Positions 52,654 through 64,000 of a stretch of 64,000 bases of DNA are shown piece by piece. The notes under the pieces were generated by a model, which was not told the origin of the DNA, made no database searches, and saw only the letters and a list, made by a program, of their open reading frames with translations. Every line of letters starts with the position of its first letter. Position 1 is the stretch's first letter. The position numbers and the translations under genes are program-made. The stretch is from Macrostomum lignano (Eukaryota). Location of the stretch: positions 178,092 through 242,091 of the forward strand of contig NIVC01001752.1 in the NCBI GenBank assembly GCA_002269645.1, read 5' to 3'.

Positions 52654-54691
52654 GAATAGGTTATTATTTTTGCAGGTATTTGTTTAAATGGGTGCCGCAG
52701 GCATTCTGATTGATTGATTGGTTCGTGAATTAATCGATTTTTTATTGAGTTCATGATTGGCTGCTTCTGCTGATGCCCTGGTGCTGGCACTCCTTGTAGA
52801 TTATCATTCTTAAATTTATTGCAAGACATTTAATATTGTTTTGTGCAGAGAAACGTTTCTTAGAAAGTGTTAATTAAGGAGGCTGGTTTTCGCCGTAAAT
52901 ACACTACAAAGGAAGGAACTTTTTTCACTTTTTATGTAATAATCGTTATAGCTTTAGATGGGAGGCAAAACCACTGTCCATATTTTGATATGTTTTGCCT
53001 TTCTTACAGCTCTATTGATATTCATAAAGCTTTTTGTGTTTGTGGAAATACTTGATAATCATATTCAGCTTTCTTGTTCAATATTTCGGCTGCTTTGCCT
53101 TCTGAATTTATTTTTTGTTTAGATCTGTTTTACTCACCTTTATGAAAAGTTAATGTGTGGAAGAAGTTTATTTCTTAATGTGTTAGTGAGTCTGTTCTTT
53201 TAATTACTTAGTTACACAGTTAGTTAGTTATTTAGTGTGTTTATTTGTTTGTTTGTTCGTTTGTTTGTTCGTTTGTAACATTTCGCACTCTCCACTTACT
53301 TAGTGAGTGCATCAGTGAAATTCAATATTTAAGCTATTGCTATCGGTCTTTAACTCGACAAGTAACTTTGCCTATTCTACAAATCTATCGCAAGAATTAA
53401 CGCTCGGTATTAAACAGTCAGTCTCCTGACTTTCGCGTCACGCCAGTTAGTTGGTTAGGAGAATTCTAAGATGCTGAGGCTCATGGGGAATTGCTGAGAT
53501 GCTGAAGCTCATGGGGAATTGCTGAGATGCTGTGGCTCATGGGGAATTGCTGAGATGCTGAAGCTCATGGGGAATTGCTGAGATGCTGTGGCTCATGGGG
53601 AATTGCTGAGATGCTGATGCTCATGGGGAATTTCTGAGATGCTGAAGCTCATGGGGAATTGCTGAGATGCTGTGGCTCATGGGGAATTGCTGAGACGCTG
53701 AGGCTCATGGGGAATTGCTGAGATGCTGAGGCTCATGGGGAATTGCTGAGACGCTGAAGCTCATGGGGAATTGCTGAGATGCTGAAGCTCATGGGGAATT
53801 GCTGACCCGCTGAAGCTCATGGGGAATTGCTGAGACGCTGAGGCTCATGGGGAATTGCTGAGATGCTGTGGCTCATGGGGAATTGCTGAGATGCTGTGGC
53901 TCATGTGGAATTGCTGAGATGCTGAAGCTCATGGGGAATTGCGGAGATGCTGAGGCTCATGGGGAATTGCTGAGATGCTGAGGCTCATGGGGAATTGCTG
54001 AGATGCTGAGGCTCATGGGGAATTGCAGAGATGCTGAAGCTCATGGGGAATTGCTGGGATGCTGAAGCTCATGGGGAATTGCTGAGATGCTGTGGCTCAT
54101 GGGGAATTGCTGAGATGCTGTGGCTCATGGGGAATAGGTTATTATTTTTGCAGGTATTTGTTTAAATGGGTGCCGCAAGCATTCTGATTGATTGATTTGT
54201 TCGTGAATTAATCGATTTTTTATTGATTTTATGATTGGCTGCTTTTGCTGATGCCCTGGTGCTGGCACTCCTTGTAGAATATCATTCTTAACTTTATTGC
54301 AAGACATTCAATACTGTTTTGTGCAGAGAAACGTTTCTTAGAAAGTGTTTATTAAGGAGACAGGTTTTCTCTGAAAAATACACTGGCTACACTGCCCACA
54401 GAGATAGGAACTTTTCACTTTTTTCGTATTAAAATTGTATTGCTTTCGATAGGAGGCAGACCCAATGTTGAATATTTTGATATGTTTTGTCTTCCTTATA
54501 GCTCTATTGATATTTGTAAAGCTTTTTGTGTTTGTGAAAATACTCGATAATCATATTCAGCTTTCTTGTTCAATATTTCGGCTGCTTTGCCTTCTGAATT
54601 TATTTTGTTTAGATCTGTTTTACTCACCTTAATGAAAACTTCATCTGTGGAAGTTCATTTCTTTAATGTGTTAGTGAGTCAGTTTGTTTTT

Positions 54692-54700
<9 letters not shown>
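52654..54700. repeat. About 570-bp diverged direct repeat (52654-53230 and 54132-54700)
   Basis: Both start GAATAGGTTATTATTTTTGCAGGTATTTG, align throughout, and end in TTAG-type repeats. Confidence 0.9.
53470..54133. repeat. 28-bp minisatellite (GCTGAGATGCTGAAGCTCATGGGGAATT)n
   Basis: Visible. Confidence 0.95.
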
Positions 54701-54932
<232 letters not shown>

Positions 54933-55009
54933 AATATTAAAAATACATTTCATGCGTGTTTATGCCTCAATAAAATGCGTTTTTTCTTCATCTCTCACAT
55001 TGCCTCCCC

Positions 55010-58000
55010 TGTCTCCCCCTCTCTCTGTCTCTTCCCATCTCTCTCCCCCCTCTCTCTGTCTCTTCCCACCTCTCTCCCCCTCTCTCTGTCTCTTCCCATC
55101 CCTCCCCCCTCTCTGTCTCTTCCCATCTCTCTCCCCTCTCTCTGTCTCTTCCCATCTCTCTCTCCCTCTCTCTGTCTCTTCCCATCTCTCCCCTCTCTCT
55201 GTCTCTTCCCATCTCTCCCCTCTCTCTGTCTCTTCCCATCTCTCTCTCCCTCTCTCTGTCTCTTCCCATCTCTCTCTCCCCTCTCTGTCTCTTCCCATCT
55301 CTCTCCCCCCTCTCTCTGTCTCTTCCCATCTCTCTCCACCTCTCTCTGTCTCTTCCCATCTCTCTCCACCTCTCTCTGTCTCTTCCCATCTCTCCCCTCT
55401 CTCTGTCTCTTCCCATCTCTCTCCCCTCTCTCTGTCTCTTCCCATCTCTCCCCTCTCTCTGTCTCTTCCCATCTCTCTCCCCCTCTCTGTCTCTTCCCAT
55501 CTCTCTCTCCCCTCTCTGTCTCTTCCCATCTCTCTCTCCCCTCTCTGTCTCTTCCCATCTCTCTCCCCCTCTCTCTGTCTCTTCCCATCCCTCCCCCCTC
55601 TCTGTCTCTTCCCATCTCTCTCCCCTCTCTCTGTCTCTTCCCATCTCTCTCTCCCTCTCTCTGTCTCTTCCCATCTCTCTCCCCTCTCTCTGTCTCTTCC
55701 CATCTCTCTCCCCCTCTCTCTGTCTCTTCCCATCTCTCTCCCCTCTCTGTCTCTTCCCATCTCTCCCCTCTCTCTGTCTCTTCCCATCTCTCTCTCCCCT
55801 CTCTCTGTCTCTTCCCATCTCTCTCCCCCCTCTCTCTGTCTCTTCCCATCTCTCTCCCCCCTCTCTCTGTCTCTTCCCATCTCTCTCCCCCTCTCTCTGT
55901 CTCTTCCCATCTCTCCCCTCTCTCTGTCTCTTCCCATCTCTCTTCCCCTCTCTCTGTCTCTTCCCATCTCTCCCCTCTCTCTGTCTCTTCCCATCTCTCT
56001 CCCCTCTCTCTGTCTCTTCCCATCTCTCTCCCCTCTCTCTGTCTCTTCCCATCTCTCTCCCTCTCTCTGTCTCTTCCCATCTCTCTCCCCTCTCTGTCTC
56101 TTCCCATCTCTCCCCTCTCTCTGTCTCTTCCCATCTCTCTCCCCTCTCTCTGTCTCTTTCCATCTCTCTCTCCCTCTCTCTGTCTCTTCCCATCTCTCTC
56201 CCCCTCTCTCTGTCTCTTCCCATCCCTCCCCTCTCTCTGTCTCTTCCCATCCCTCCCCCCTCTCTGTCTCTTCCCATCTCTCTCCCCCCTCTCTCTGTCT
56301 CTTCCCATCTCTCCCCTCTCTCTGTCTCTTCCCATCTCTCCCCTCTCTCTGTCTCTTCCCATCTCTCTCCCCTCTCTCTGTCTCTTCCCATCTCTCCCCT
56401 CTCTCTGTCTCTTCCCATCTCTCTCCCCTCTCTCTGTCTCTTCCCATCTCTCTCCTCTCTCTGTCTCTTCCCATCTCTCTCTCCCCTCTCTTGTCTCTTC
56501 CCATCTCTCTCCCCTCTCTCTGTCTCTTCCCATCTCTCTCCCTCTCTCTGTCTCTTCCCATCTCTCCCCTCTCTCTGTCTCTTCCCATCTCTCCCCTCTC
56601 TCTGTCTCTTCCCATCTCCCCCCTCTCTCTGTCTCTTCCCATCTCTCCCCTCTCTCTGTCTCTTCCCATCTCTCTCCCTCTCTCTGTCTCTTCCCATCTC
56701 TCTCCCCTCTCTCTGTCTCTTCCCATCTCTCCCCTCTCTGTCTCTTCCCATCTCTCCCCTCTCTCTGTCTCTTCCCATCTCTCTCCCTCTCTCTGTCTCT
56801 TCCCATCTCTCCCCTCTCTCTGTCTCTTCCCATCTCTCTCCCTCTCTCTGTCTCTTCCCATCTCTCTCCCTCTCTCTGTCTCTTCCCATCTCTCCCCTCT
56901 CTCTGTCTCTTCCCATCTCTCTCTCCCCTCTCTCTGTCTCTTCCCATCTCTCTCCCTCTCTCTGTCTCTTCCCATCTCTCTCCCCTCTCTCTGTCTCTTC
57001 CCATCTCTCTCCCTCTCTCTGTCTCTTCCCATCTCTCCCCTCTCTCTGTCTCTTCCCATCTCTCCCCTCTCTCTGTCTCTTCCCATCTCTCTCCCCTCTC
57101 TCTGTCTCTTCCCATCTCTCTCCCCTCTCTCTGTCTCTTCCCATCTCTCTCCCCTCTCTCTGTCTCTTCCCATCTCCCCCTCTCTCTGTCTCTTCCCATC
57201 TCTCTCCCCTCTCTGTCTCTTCCCATCTCTCCCCTCTCTCTGTCTCTTCCCATCTCTCTCCCTCTCTCTGTCTCTTCCCATCTCTCTCCCCTCTCTCTGT
57301 CTCTTCCCATCTCTCTCTCCCCTCTCTCTGTCTCTTCCCATCTCTCTCTCCCCTCTCTGTCTCTTCCCATCTCTCTCCCCTCTCTCTGTCTCTTCCCATC
57401 TCTCCCCTCTCTCTGTCTCTTCCCATCTCTCTCCCCCTCTCTCTGTCTCTTCCCATCTCTCTCCCCTCTCTGTCTCTTCCCATCTCTCCCCTCTCTCTGT
57501 CTCTTCCCATCTCTCTCCCCTCTCTCTGTCTCTTCCCATCTCTCTCCCCTCTCTCTGTCTCTTCCCATCTCTCTCCCCTCTCTCTGTCTCTTCCCATCTC
57601 TCTCCCCTCTCTCTGTCTCTTCCCATCTCTCTCCCCTCTCTCTGTCTCTTCCCATCCTCCCCCTCTCTCTGTCTCTTCCCATCTCTCTCCCTCTCTCTGT
57701 CTCTTCCCATCTCTCCCCTCTCTCTGTCTCTTCCCATCTCTCCCCTCTCTCTGTCTCTTCCCATCTCTCTCCCCTCTCTGTCTCCCTTCTCTCTCCCCTC
57801 TCTCTGTCTCTTCCCATCTCTCCCCCCTCTCTCTGTCTCTTCCCATCTCTCTCCCCTCTCTCTGTCTCTTCCCATCTCTCCCCCTCTCTGTCTCTTCCCA
57901 TCTCTCTCCCCTCTCTGTCTCTTCCCATCTCTCCCCTCTCTCTGTCTCTTCCCATCTCTCCCCTCTCTCTGTCTCTTCCCATCTCTCCCCTCTCTCTGTC

Positions 58001-61000
58001 TCTTCCCATCTCTCTCCCCTCTCTCTGTCTCTTCCCATCTCTCTCCCCCTCTCTGTCTCTTCCCATCTCTCTCCCCTCTCTCTGTCTCTTCCATCTCTCT
58101 CCTCTTCCTCTCTTCCCATCTCTCTCCCCTCTCTCTGTCTTCCCATCTCTCTCCCTCTCTCTGTCTCTTCCCATCTTCCCCCTCTCTCTGTCTCTTCCCA
58201 TCTCTCTCCCCCTCTCTGTCTCTTCCCATCTCTCTCCCCTCTCTCTGTCTCTTCCATCTCTCTCCCTCTCTCTCTCTTCCCATCTCTCTCCCCTCTCTCT
58301 GTCTCTTCCCCTCTCCCCCTCTCTCTCTCTGTCTCTTCCCATCTCTCCCTCTCTCTGTCTCTTCCCATCTCTCTCCCCTCTCTGTCTCTTCCATCTCTCC
58401 CCCTCTCTCTGTCTCTTCCCATCTCTCTCCCCTCTCTGTCTCTTCCCATCTCTCTCCCCTCTCTCTGTCTCTTCCCATCTCTCTCTCCCCTCTCTGTCTC
58501 TTCCCATCTCTCTCCCCTCTCTCTGTCTCTTCCCATCCTCTCCCCTCTCTCTGTCTCTTCCCATCTCTCTCCCTCTCTCTGTCTCTTCCCATCTCCCCTC
58601 TCTCTGTCTCTTCCCATCTCTCCCCTCTCTCTGTCTCTTCCCATCTCTCTCTCCCTCTCTCTGTCTCTTCCCATCTCTCTCCCCTCTCTCTGTCTCTTCC
58701 CATCTCTCTCCCTCTCTCTGTCTCTTCCCATCTCTCCCCTCTCTCTGTCTCTTCCCATCTCTCTCCCCCTCTCTGTCTCTTCCCATCTCTCCCCTCTCTC
58801 TGTCTCTTCCCATCTCTCTCCCTCTCTCTGTCTCTTCCCATCTCTCTCCCTCTCTGTCTCTTCCCATCTCTCTCCCCTCTCTCTGTCTCTTCCCATCCCT
58901 CCCCCCTCTCTGTCTCTTCCCATCTCTCTCCCCTCTCTCTGTCTCTTCCCATCTCTCCCCTCTCTCTGTCTCTTCCCATCTCTCTCCCCTCTCTCTGTCT
59001 CTTCCCATCTCTCTCCCTCTCTCTGTCTCTTCCCATCTCTCCCCTCTCTCTGTCTCTTCCCATCTCTCTCCCCTCTCTCTGTCTCTTCCCATCTCTCTCC
59101 CCTCTCTCTGTGTCTCTTCCCATCTCTCTCCCCCTCTCTCTGTCTCTTCCCATCTCTCCCCTCTCTCTGTCTCTTCCCATCTCTCTCCTCTCTCTGTCTC
59201 TTCCCATCTCTCCCCTCTCTCTGTCTCTTCCCATCCCTCCCCTCTCTCTGTCTCTTCCATCTCTCCCCTCTCTTGTCTCTTCCCATCTCTCCCTCTCTCT
59301 GTCTCTTCCCATCTCTCTCCTCTCTGTCTCTTCCATCTCTCCCTCTCTCTGTCTCTTCCCATCTCTCTCCCCTCTCTCTTTCCCCCCCCTCTCCTCTCTC
59401 TGTCTCTTCCATCTCTCTCCCCCTCTCTGTCTCTTCCCATCTCTCTCCCCTCTCTCTGTCTCTTCCCATCTCTCCCCCCCTCTCTCTGTCTCTTCCCATC
59501 TTCCCCCTCTCTCTGTCTCTTCCCATCTCTCTCCACCTCTCTGTCTCTTCCCATCTCTCCCTCTCTCTGTCTCTTCCCATCTCTCCCTCTCTCTGTCTCT
59601 TCCATCTCTCTCCCCTCTCTCTGTCTCTTCCCATCTCTCTCCCTCTCTCTGTCTCTTCCCATCTCTCTCCCCTCTCTCTGTCTCTTCCCATCTCTCTCCC
59701 CCTCTCTCTTTCTCTTCCCATCTCTCTCCCCTCTCTGTCTCTTCCCATCTCTCCCCTCTCTCTGTCTCTTCCCATCTCTCTCCCTCTCTCTGTCTCTTCC
59801 CATCTCTCTCCCCCTCTCTGTCTCTTCCCATCTCTCCCCTCTCTCTGTCTCTTCCCATCTCTCCCTCTCTCTGTCTTCCCATCTCTCCCCTCTCTCTGTC
59901 TCTTCCCATCTCCCCCCTCTCTCTGTCTCTTCCATCTCTCCCCCCTCTCTCTGTCTCTTCCCATCTCTCCCCTCTCTCTGTCTCTTCCCATCTCTCTCCC
60001 CCTCTCTGTCTCTTCCCATCTCTCTCCCCTCTCTCTGTCTCTTCCCATCCCTCCCCTCTCTCTGTCTCTTCCCATCCCTCCCCTCTCTCTGTCCCTTCCC
60101 ATATCTCCCCCCCTCTCTCTGTCTCTTCCCATCTTCCCCCTCTCTCTGTCTCTTCCTATCTCTCTCCCCTCTCTGTCTCTTCCCATCTCTCTCTCTGTCC
60201 TCTTCCCATCTCTCTCTCTGTCTCTTCCCATCTCTCTCCCCTCTCTCTGTCTCTTCCCATCTCTCTCCCCTCTCTCTGTCTCTTCCCATCTCTCCCCCTC
60301 TCTCTGTCTCTTCCCATCTCTCTCCCCCTCTCTGTCTCTTCCCATCTCTCTCCCCTCTCTCTGTCTCTTCCCATCCCTCCCCTCTCTCTGTCTCTTCCCA
60401 TCCTCCCTCTCTCTGTCTCTTCCATCTCTCCCCCTCTCTCTGTCTCTTCCCATCTCTCCCCCCTCTCTGTCTCTTCCCATCTCTCTCCACCTCTCTGTCT
60501 CTTCCCATCTCTCTCCCCCTCTCTGTCTCTTCCCATCTCTCCCCCCTCTCTGTCTCTTCCCATCTCTCTCCCCTCTCTCTGTCTCTTCCCATCTCTCTCC
60601 CCTCTCTCTGTCTCTTCCCATCTCTCCCCTCTCTCTGTCTCTTCCCATCTCTCTCCCCTCTCTCTGTCTCTTCCCATCTCTCTCCCCTCTCTGTCTCTTC
60701 CCATCTTCCCCCTCTCTCTGTCTCTTCCCATCTCTCCTCTCTCTCTGTCTCTTCCCATCTCTCTCCCCCTCTCTCTGTCTCTTCCCATCTCTCTCCCCCT
60801 CTCTCTGTCTCTTCCCATCTCTCTCCCCTCTCTCTGTCTCTTCCCATCTCCTCCCCTCTCTGTCTCTTCCCATCCTCCCCCTCTCTCTGTCTCTTCCCAT
60901 CTCTCCCCTCTCTCTGTCTCTTCCCATCTCTCTCCCCTCTCTCTGTCTCTTCCCATCTCTCTCCCTCTCTCTGTCTCTCCCATCTCTCTCCCCTCCTCTG

Positions 61001-64000
61001 TCTCTTCCCATCTCTCTCCCCTCTCTCTGTCTCTCCCATCTCTCTCCCCTCTCTGTCTCTTCCCATCTCTCTCCTCTCTCTGTCTCTTCCCATCTCTCCC
61101 CTCTCTCTGTCTCTTCCCATCTCTCTCTCCCTCTCTCTGTCTCTTCCCATCTCTCTCCCTCTCTCTGTCTCTTCCCATCTCTCTCCCCCTCTCTGTCTCT
61201 TCCCATCTCTCCCCTCTCTCTGTCTCTTCCCATCTCTCTCCCCCTCTCTGTCTCTTCCCATCTCTCCCCCTCTCTCTGTCTCTTCCATCTCTCTCCCCTC
61301 TCTCTGTCTCTTCCCATCTCTCCCCCTCTCTGTCTCTTCCCATCTCCTCCCCTCTCTCTGTCTCTTCCCATCTCTCTCCCCTCTCTCTGTCTCTTCCCAT
61401 CTCTCTCCCCCTCTCTCTGTCTCTTCCCATCTCTCTCCCCCTCTCTGTCTCTTCCCATCTCTCTCCCCTCTCTCTGTCTCTTCCCATCTCTCTCTCCCCT
61501 CTCTGTCTCTTCCCATCTCTCTCCCCCCTCTCTCTCTGTCTCTTCCCATCTCTCCCCTCTCTCTGTCTCTTCCCATCTCTCTCCCCTCTCTGTCTCTTCC
61601 CATCTCTCTCCCCTCTCTGTCTCTTCCCATCTCTCCCCTCTCTCTGTCTCTTCCCATCTCTCTCCCCTCTCTCTGTCTCTTCCCATCTCTCTCCCCTCTC
61701 TGTCTCTTCCCATCTTCTCCCCTCTCTCTGTCTCTTCCCATCTCTCTCCCCTCTCTGTCTCTTCCCATCTCTCTCCCCCTCTCTGTCTCTTCCCATCTCT
61801 CTCCCTCTCTCTGTCTCTTCCCATCTCTCCCCCCTCTCTGTCTCTTCCCATCTCTCTCCCCTCTCTGTCTCTTCCCATCTCTCTCCCCTCTCTCTGTCTC
61901 TTCCCATCCCTCCCCCTCTCTGTCTCTTCCCATCTCTCTCCCTCTCTCTGTCTCTTCCCATCTCTCCCCTCTCTCTGTCTCTTCCCATCTCTCTCCCTCT
62001 CTCTGTCTCTTCCCATCTCTCTCCCCTCTCTGTCTCTTCCCATCTCTCCCCTCTCTCTGTCTCTTCCCATCTCTCTCTCCCCTCTCTCTGTCTCTTCCCA
62101 TCTCTCTCCCCTCTCTCTGTCTCTTCCCATCTCTCTCCCTCTCTCTGTCTCTTCCCATCCTCTCCCCTCTCTCTGTCTCTTCCCATCTCTCTCCCCTCTC
62201 TGTCTCTTCCCATCTCTCCCCCTCTCTGTCTCTTCCCATCTCTCTCCTCTCTGTCTCTTCCCATCTCTCTCCCCTCTCTCTGTCTCTTCCATCTCTCTCC
62301 CCTCTCTGTCTCTTCCCATCTCTCTCCCTCTCTGTCTCTTCCCATCTCTCTCCCCCTCTCTGTCTTTCCATCTCTCCCTCTCTCTGTCTCTTCCCATCTC
62401 TCTCCCCCTCTCTCTGTCTCTTCCCATCTCTCTCTCCCCTCTCTGTCTCTTCCCATCTCTCTCCCCCTCTCTGTCTCTTCCCATCTCTCCCCTCTCTCTG
62501 TCTCTTCCCATCTCTCTCTCCCTCTCTGTCTCTCTCCCATCTCTCCCCTCTCTCTGTCTCTTCCCATTCTCTCTCCCCTCTCTGTCTCTTCCCATCTCTC
62601 TCCCCTCTCTGTCTCTTCCCATCTCTCCCCCTCTCTCTGTCTCTTCCCATCTCTCTCCCCTCTCTCTGTCTCTTCCCATCTCTCTCCCCTCTCTCTGTCT
62701 CTTCCCATCTCTCTCCCCCCTCTCTGTCTCTTCCCATCTCTCTCCCCTCTCTCTGTCTCTTCCCATCTCTCTCCCCTCTCTGTCTCTTCCCATCTCCTCC
62801 TCTCTCTGTCTCTCATCCATCTCTCTCCCCTCTTCTGTCTCTTCCCATCTCTCCCCCCTCTCTGTCTCTTCCCATCTCTCTCCCCTCTCTGTCTCTTCCC
62901 ATCTCTCTCCCTCTCTGTCTCTTCCCATCTCTCCCCTCTCTCTGTCTCTTCCCATCTCTCCCCCTCTCTCTGTCTCTTCCCATCTCTCTCTCCCCCTTCT
63001 GTCTCTTCCCATCTCTCTCCCCCTCTCTCTGTCTCTTCCCATCCCTCCCCCCTCTCTGTCTCTTCCCATCTCTCTCCCTCTCTCTGTCTCTTCCCATCTC
63101 TCTCCCCTCTCTGTCTCTTCCATTCTTCCCCTCTCTCTGTCCTCTTCCATCTCTCCTCCTCTCTGTCTCTCCCATCTCTCTCTCCTCCCTCTCTCTGTCT
63201 CTTCCCATCTCTCTCCCCCTCTCTGTCTCTTCCCATCTCTCCCCTCTCTCTGTCTCTTCCCATCTCTCTCCCCCTCTCTGTCTCTTCCCATCTCTCTCCC
63301 CTCTCTGTCTCTTCCCATCTCTCTCCCCTCTCTGTCTCTTCCCATCTCTCTCCCCTCTCTCTGTCTCTTCCCATCTCTCCCCCTCTCTGTCTCTTCCATC
63401 TCTCCCCTCTCCTCTGTCTCTTCCCATCTCTCTCCATCTCTCTGTCTCTTCCCATCCTCCCCCTCTCTGTCTCTTCCCATCTCCTCCCCTCTCTGTCTCT
63501 TCCCATCTCTCCCCCTCTCTCTGTCTTCCATCTTCTCCCTCTCTCTGTCTCTTCCCATCTCCTCTCCCCCTCTCTGTCTCTTCCCATCTCTCTCCCTCTC
63601 TGTCTCTTCCTCCATCATCTCTCCCCTCTCCTGTCTCTTCCCATCTCTCCCCTCTCTCTCTGTCTCTTCCCATCTCTCTCCCTCTCTCTGTCTCTTCCCA
63701 TCTCTCTCCCCCTCTCTCTGTCTCTTCCCATCTCTCTCCCCCTCTCTCTGTCTCTTCCCATCTCTCCCCTCTCTCTGTCTCTTCCCATCCCTCCCCTCTC
63801 TGTCTCTTCCCATCCTTCCCTCTCTCTGTCTCTTCCCATCTCTCTCCCCCCTCTCTGTCTCTTCCATCTCTCTCCCCTCTCCTGTCTCTTCCCATCTCTC
63901 TCCCCTCTCTGTCTCTTCCCATCTCTCTCCCCCTCTCTCTGTCTCTTCCCATCTCTACCCCCCTCTCTGTCTCTTCCCATCTCTCCCCTCTCTCTGTCTC
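55010..64000. repeat. At least 9-kb polypyrimidine minisatellite, about 27-30-bp unit (CTCTCTGTCTCTTCCCATCTCTCTCCC)
   Basis: Constant TGTCTCTTCCCAT core with a variable CT/C spacer; runs to the window end. Confidence 0.98.

Noticed and set aside
54960-63980. Giant minus-strand ORFs (1143-2959 aa, R/E/G-rich)
   Set aside because: All three frames are largely open because the purine strand of the CT satellite rarely forms stops; these are repeat translations, not genes.

Overview
Repeat-dense metazoan (non-bacterial) genomic DNA with GC-rich exons and introns filled by minisatellites. This style suggests a free-living flatworm such as Macrostomum (inference). Spliced gene models were built by hand from GT/AG sites with consistent phases: (1) a 2-exon orphan gene at 5628-7012; (2) a 6-exon DEG/ENaC channel at 8830-13780; (3) a 736-aa protein of 21 Cys-Cys ankyrin-like repeats with a predicted N-myristoylation motif at 15007-17217 (minus); (4) a 5-exon PIG-W/Gwt1 inositol acyltransferase at 20002-25355; (5) a pseudogene broken by two short tandem duplications at 28058-28623; and (6) a 3-exon, about 1150-aa fusion of 13 near-identical ankyrin repeats to a Mab-21/cGAS-like nucleotidyltransferase with intact catalytic motifs at 45223-50589, which is the best candidate for an interesting system. 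Mobile DNA includes hAT-type MITEs, a 5'-truncated Penelope-like (Neptune-type) retroelement with a minimal hammerhead ribozyme, and a nearly intact piggyBac flanked by an anomalous 63-bp direct repeat. More than 20 distinct mini/microsatellite arrays are present, ending in a 9-kb polypyrimidine tract. All family calls come from motif recognition by eye; no database searches were run.
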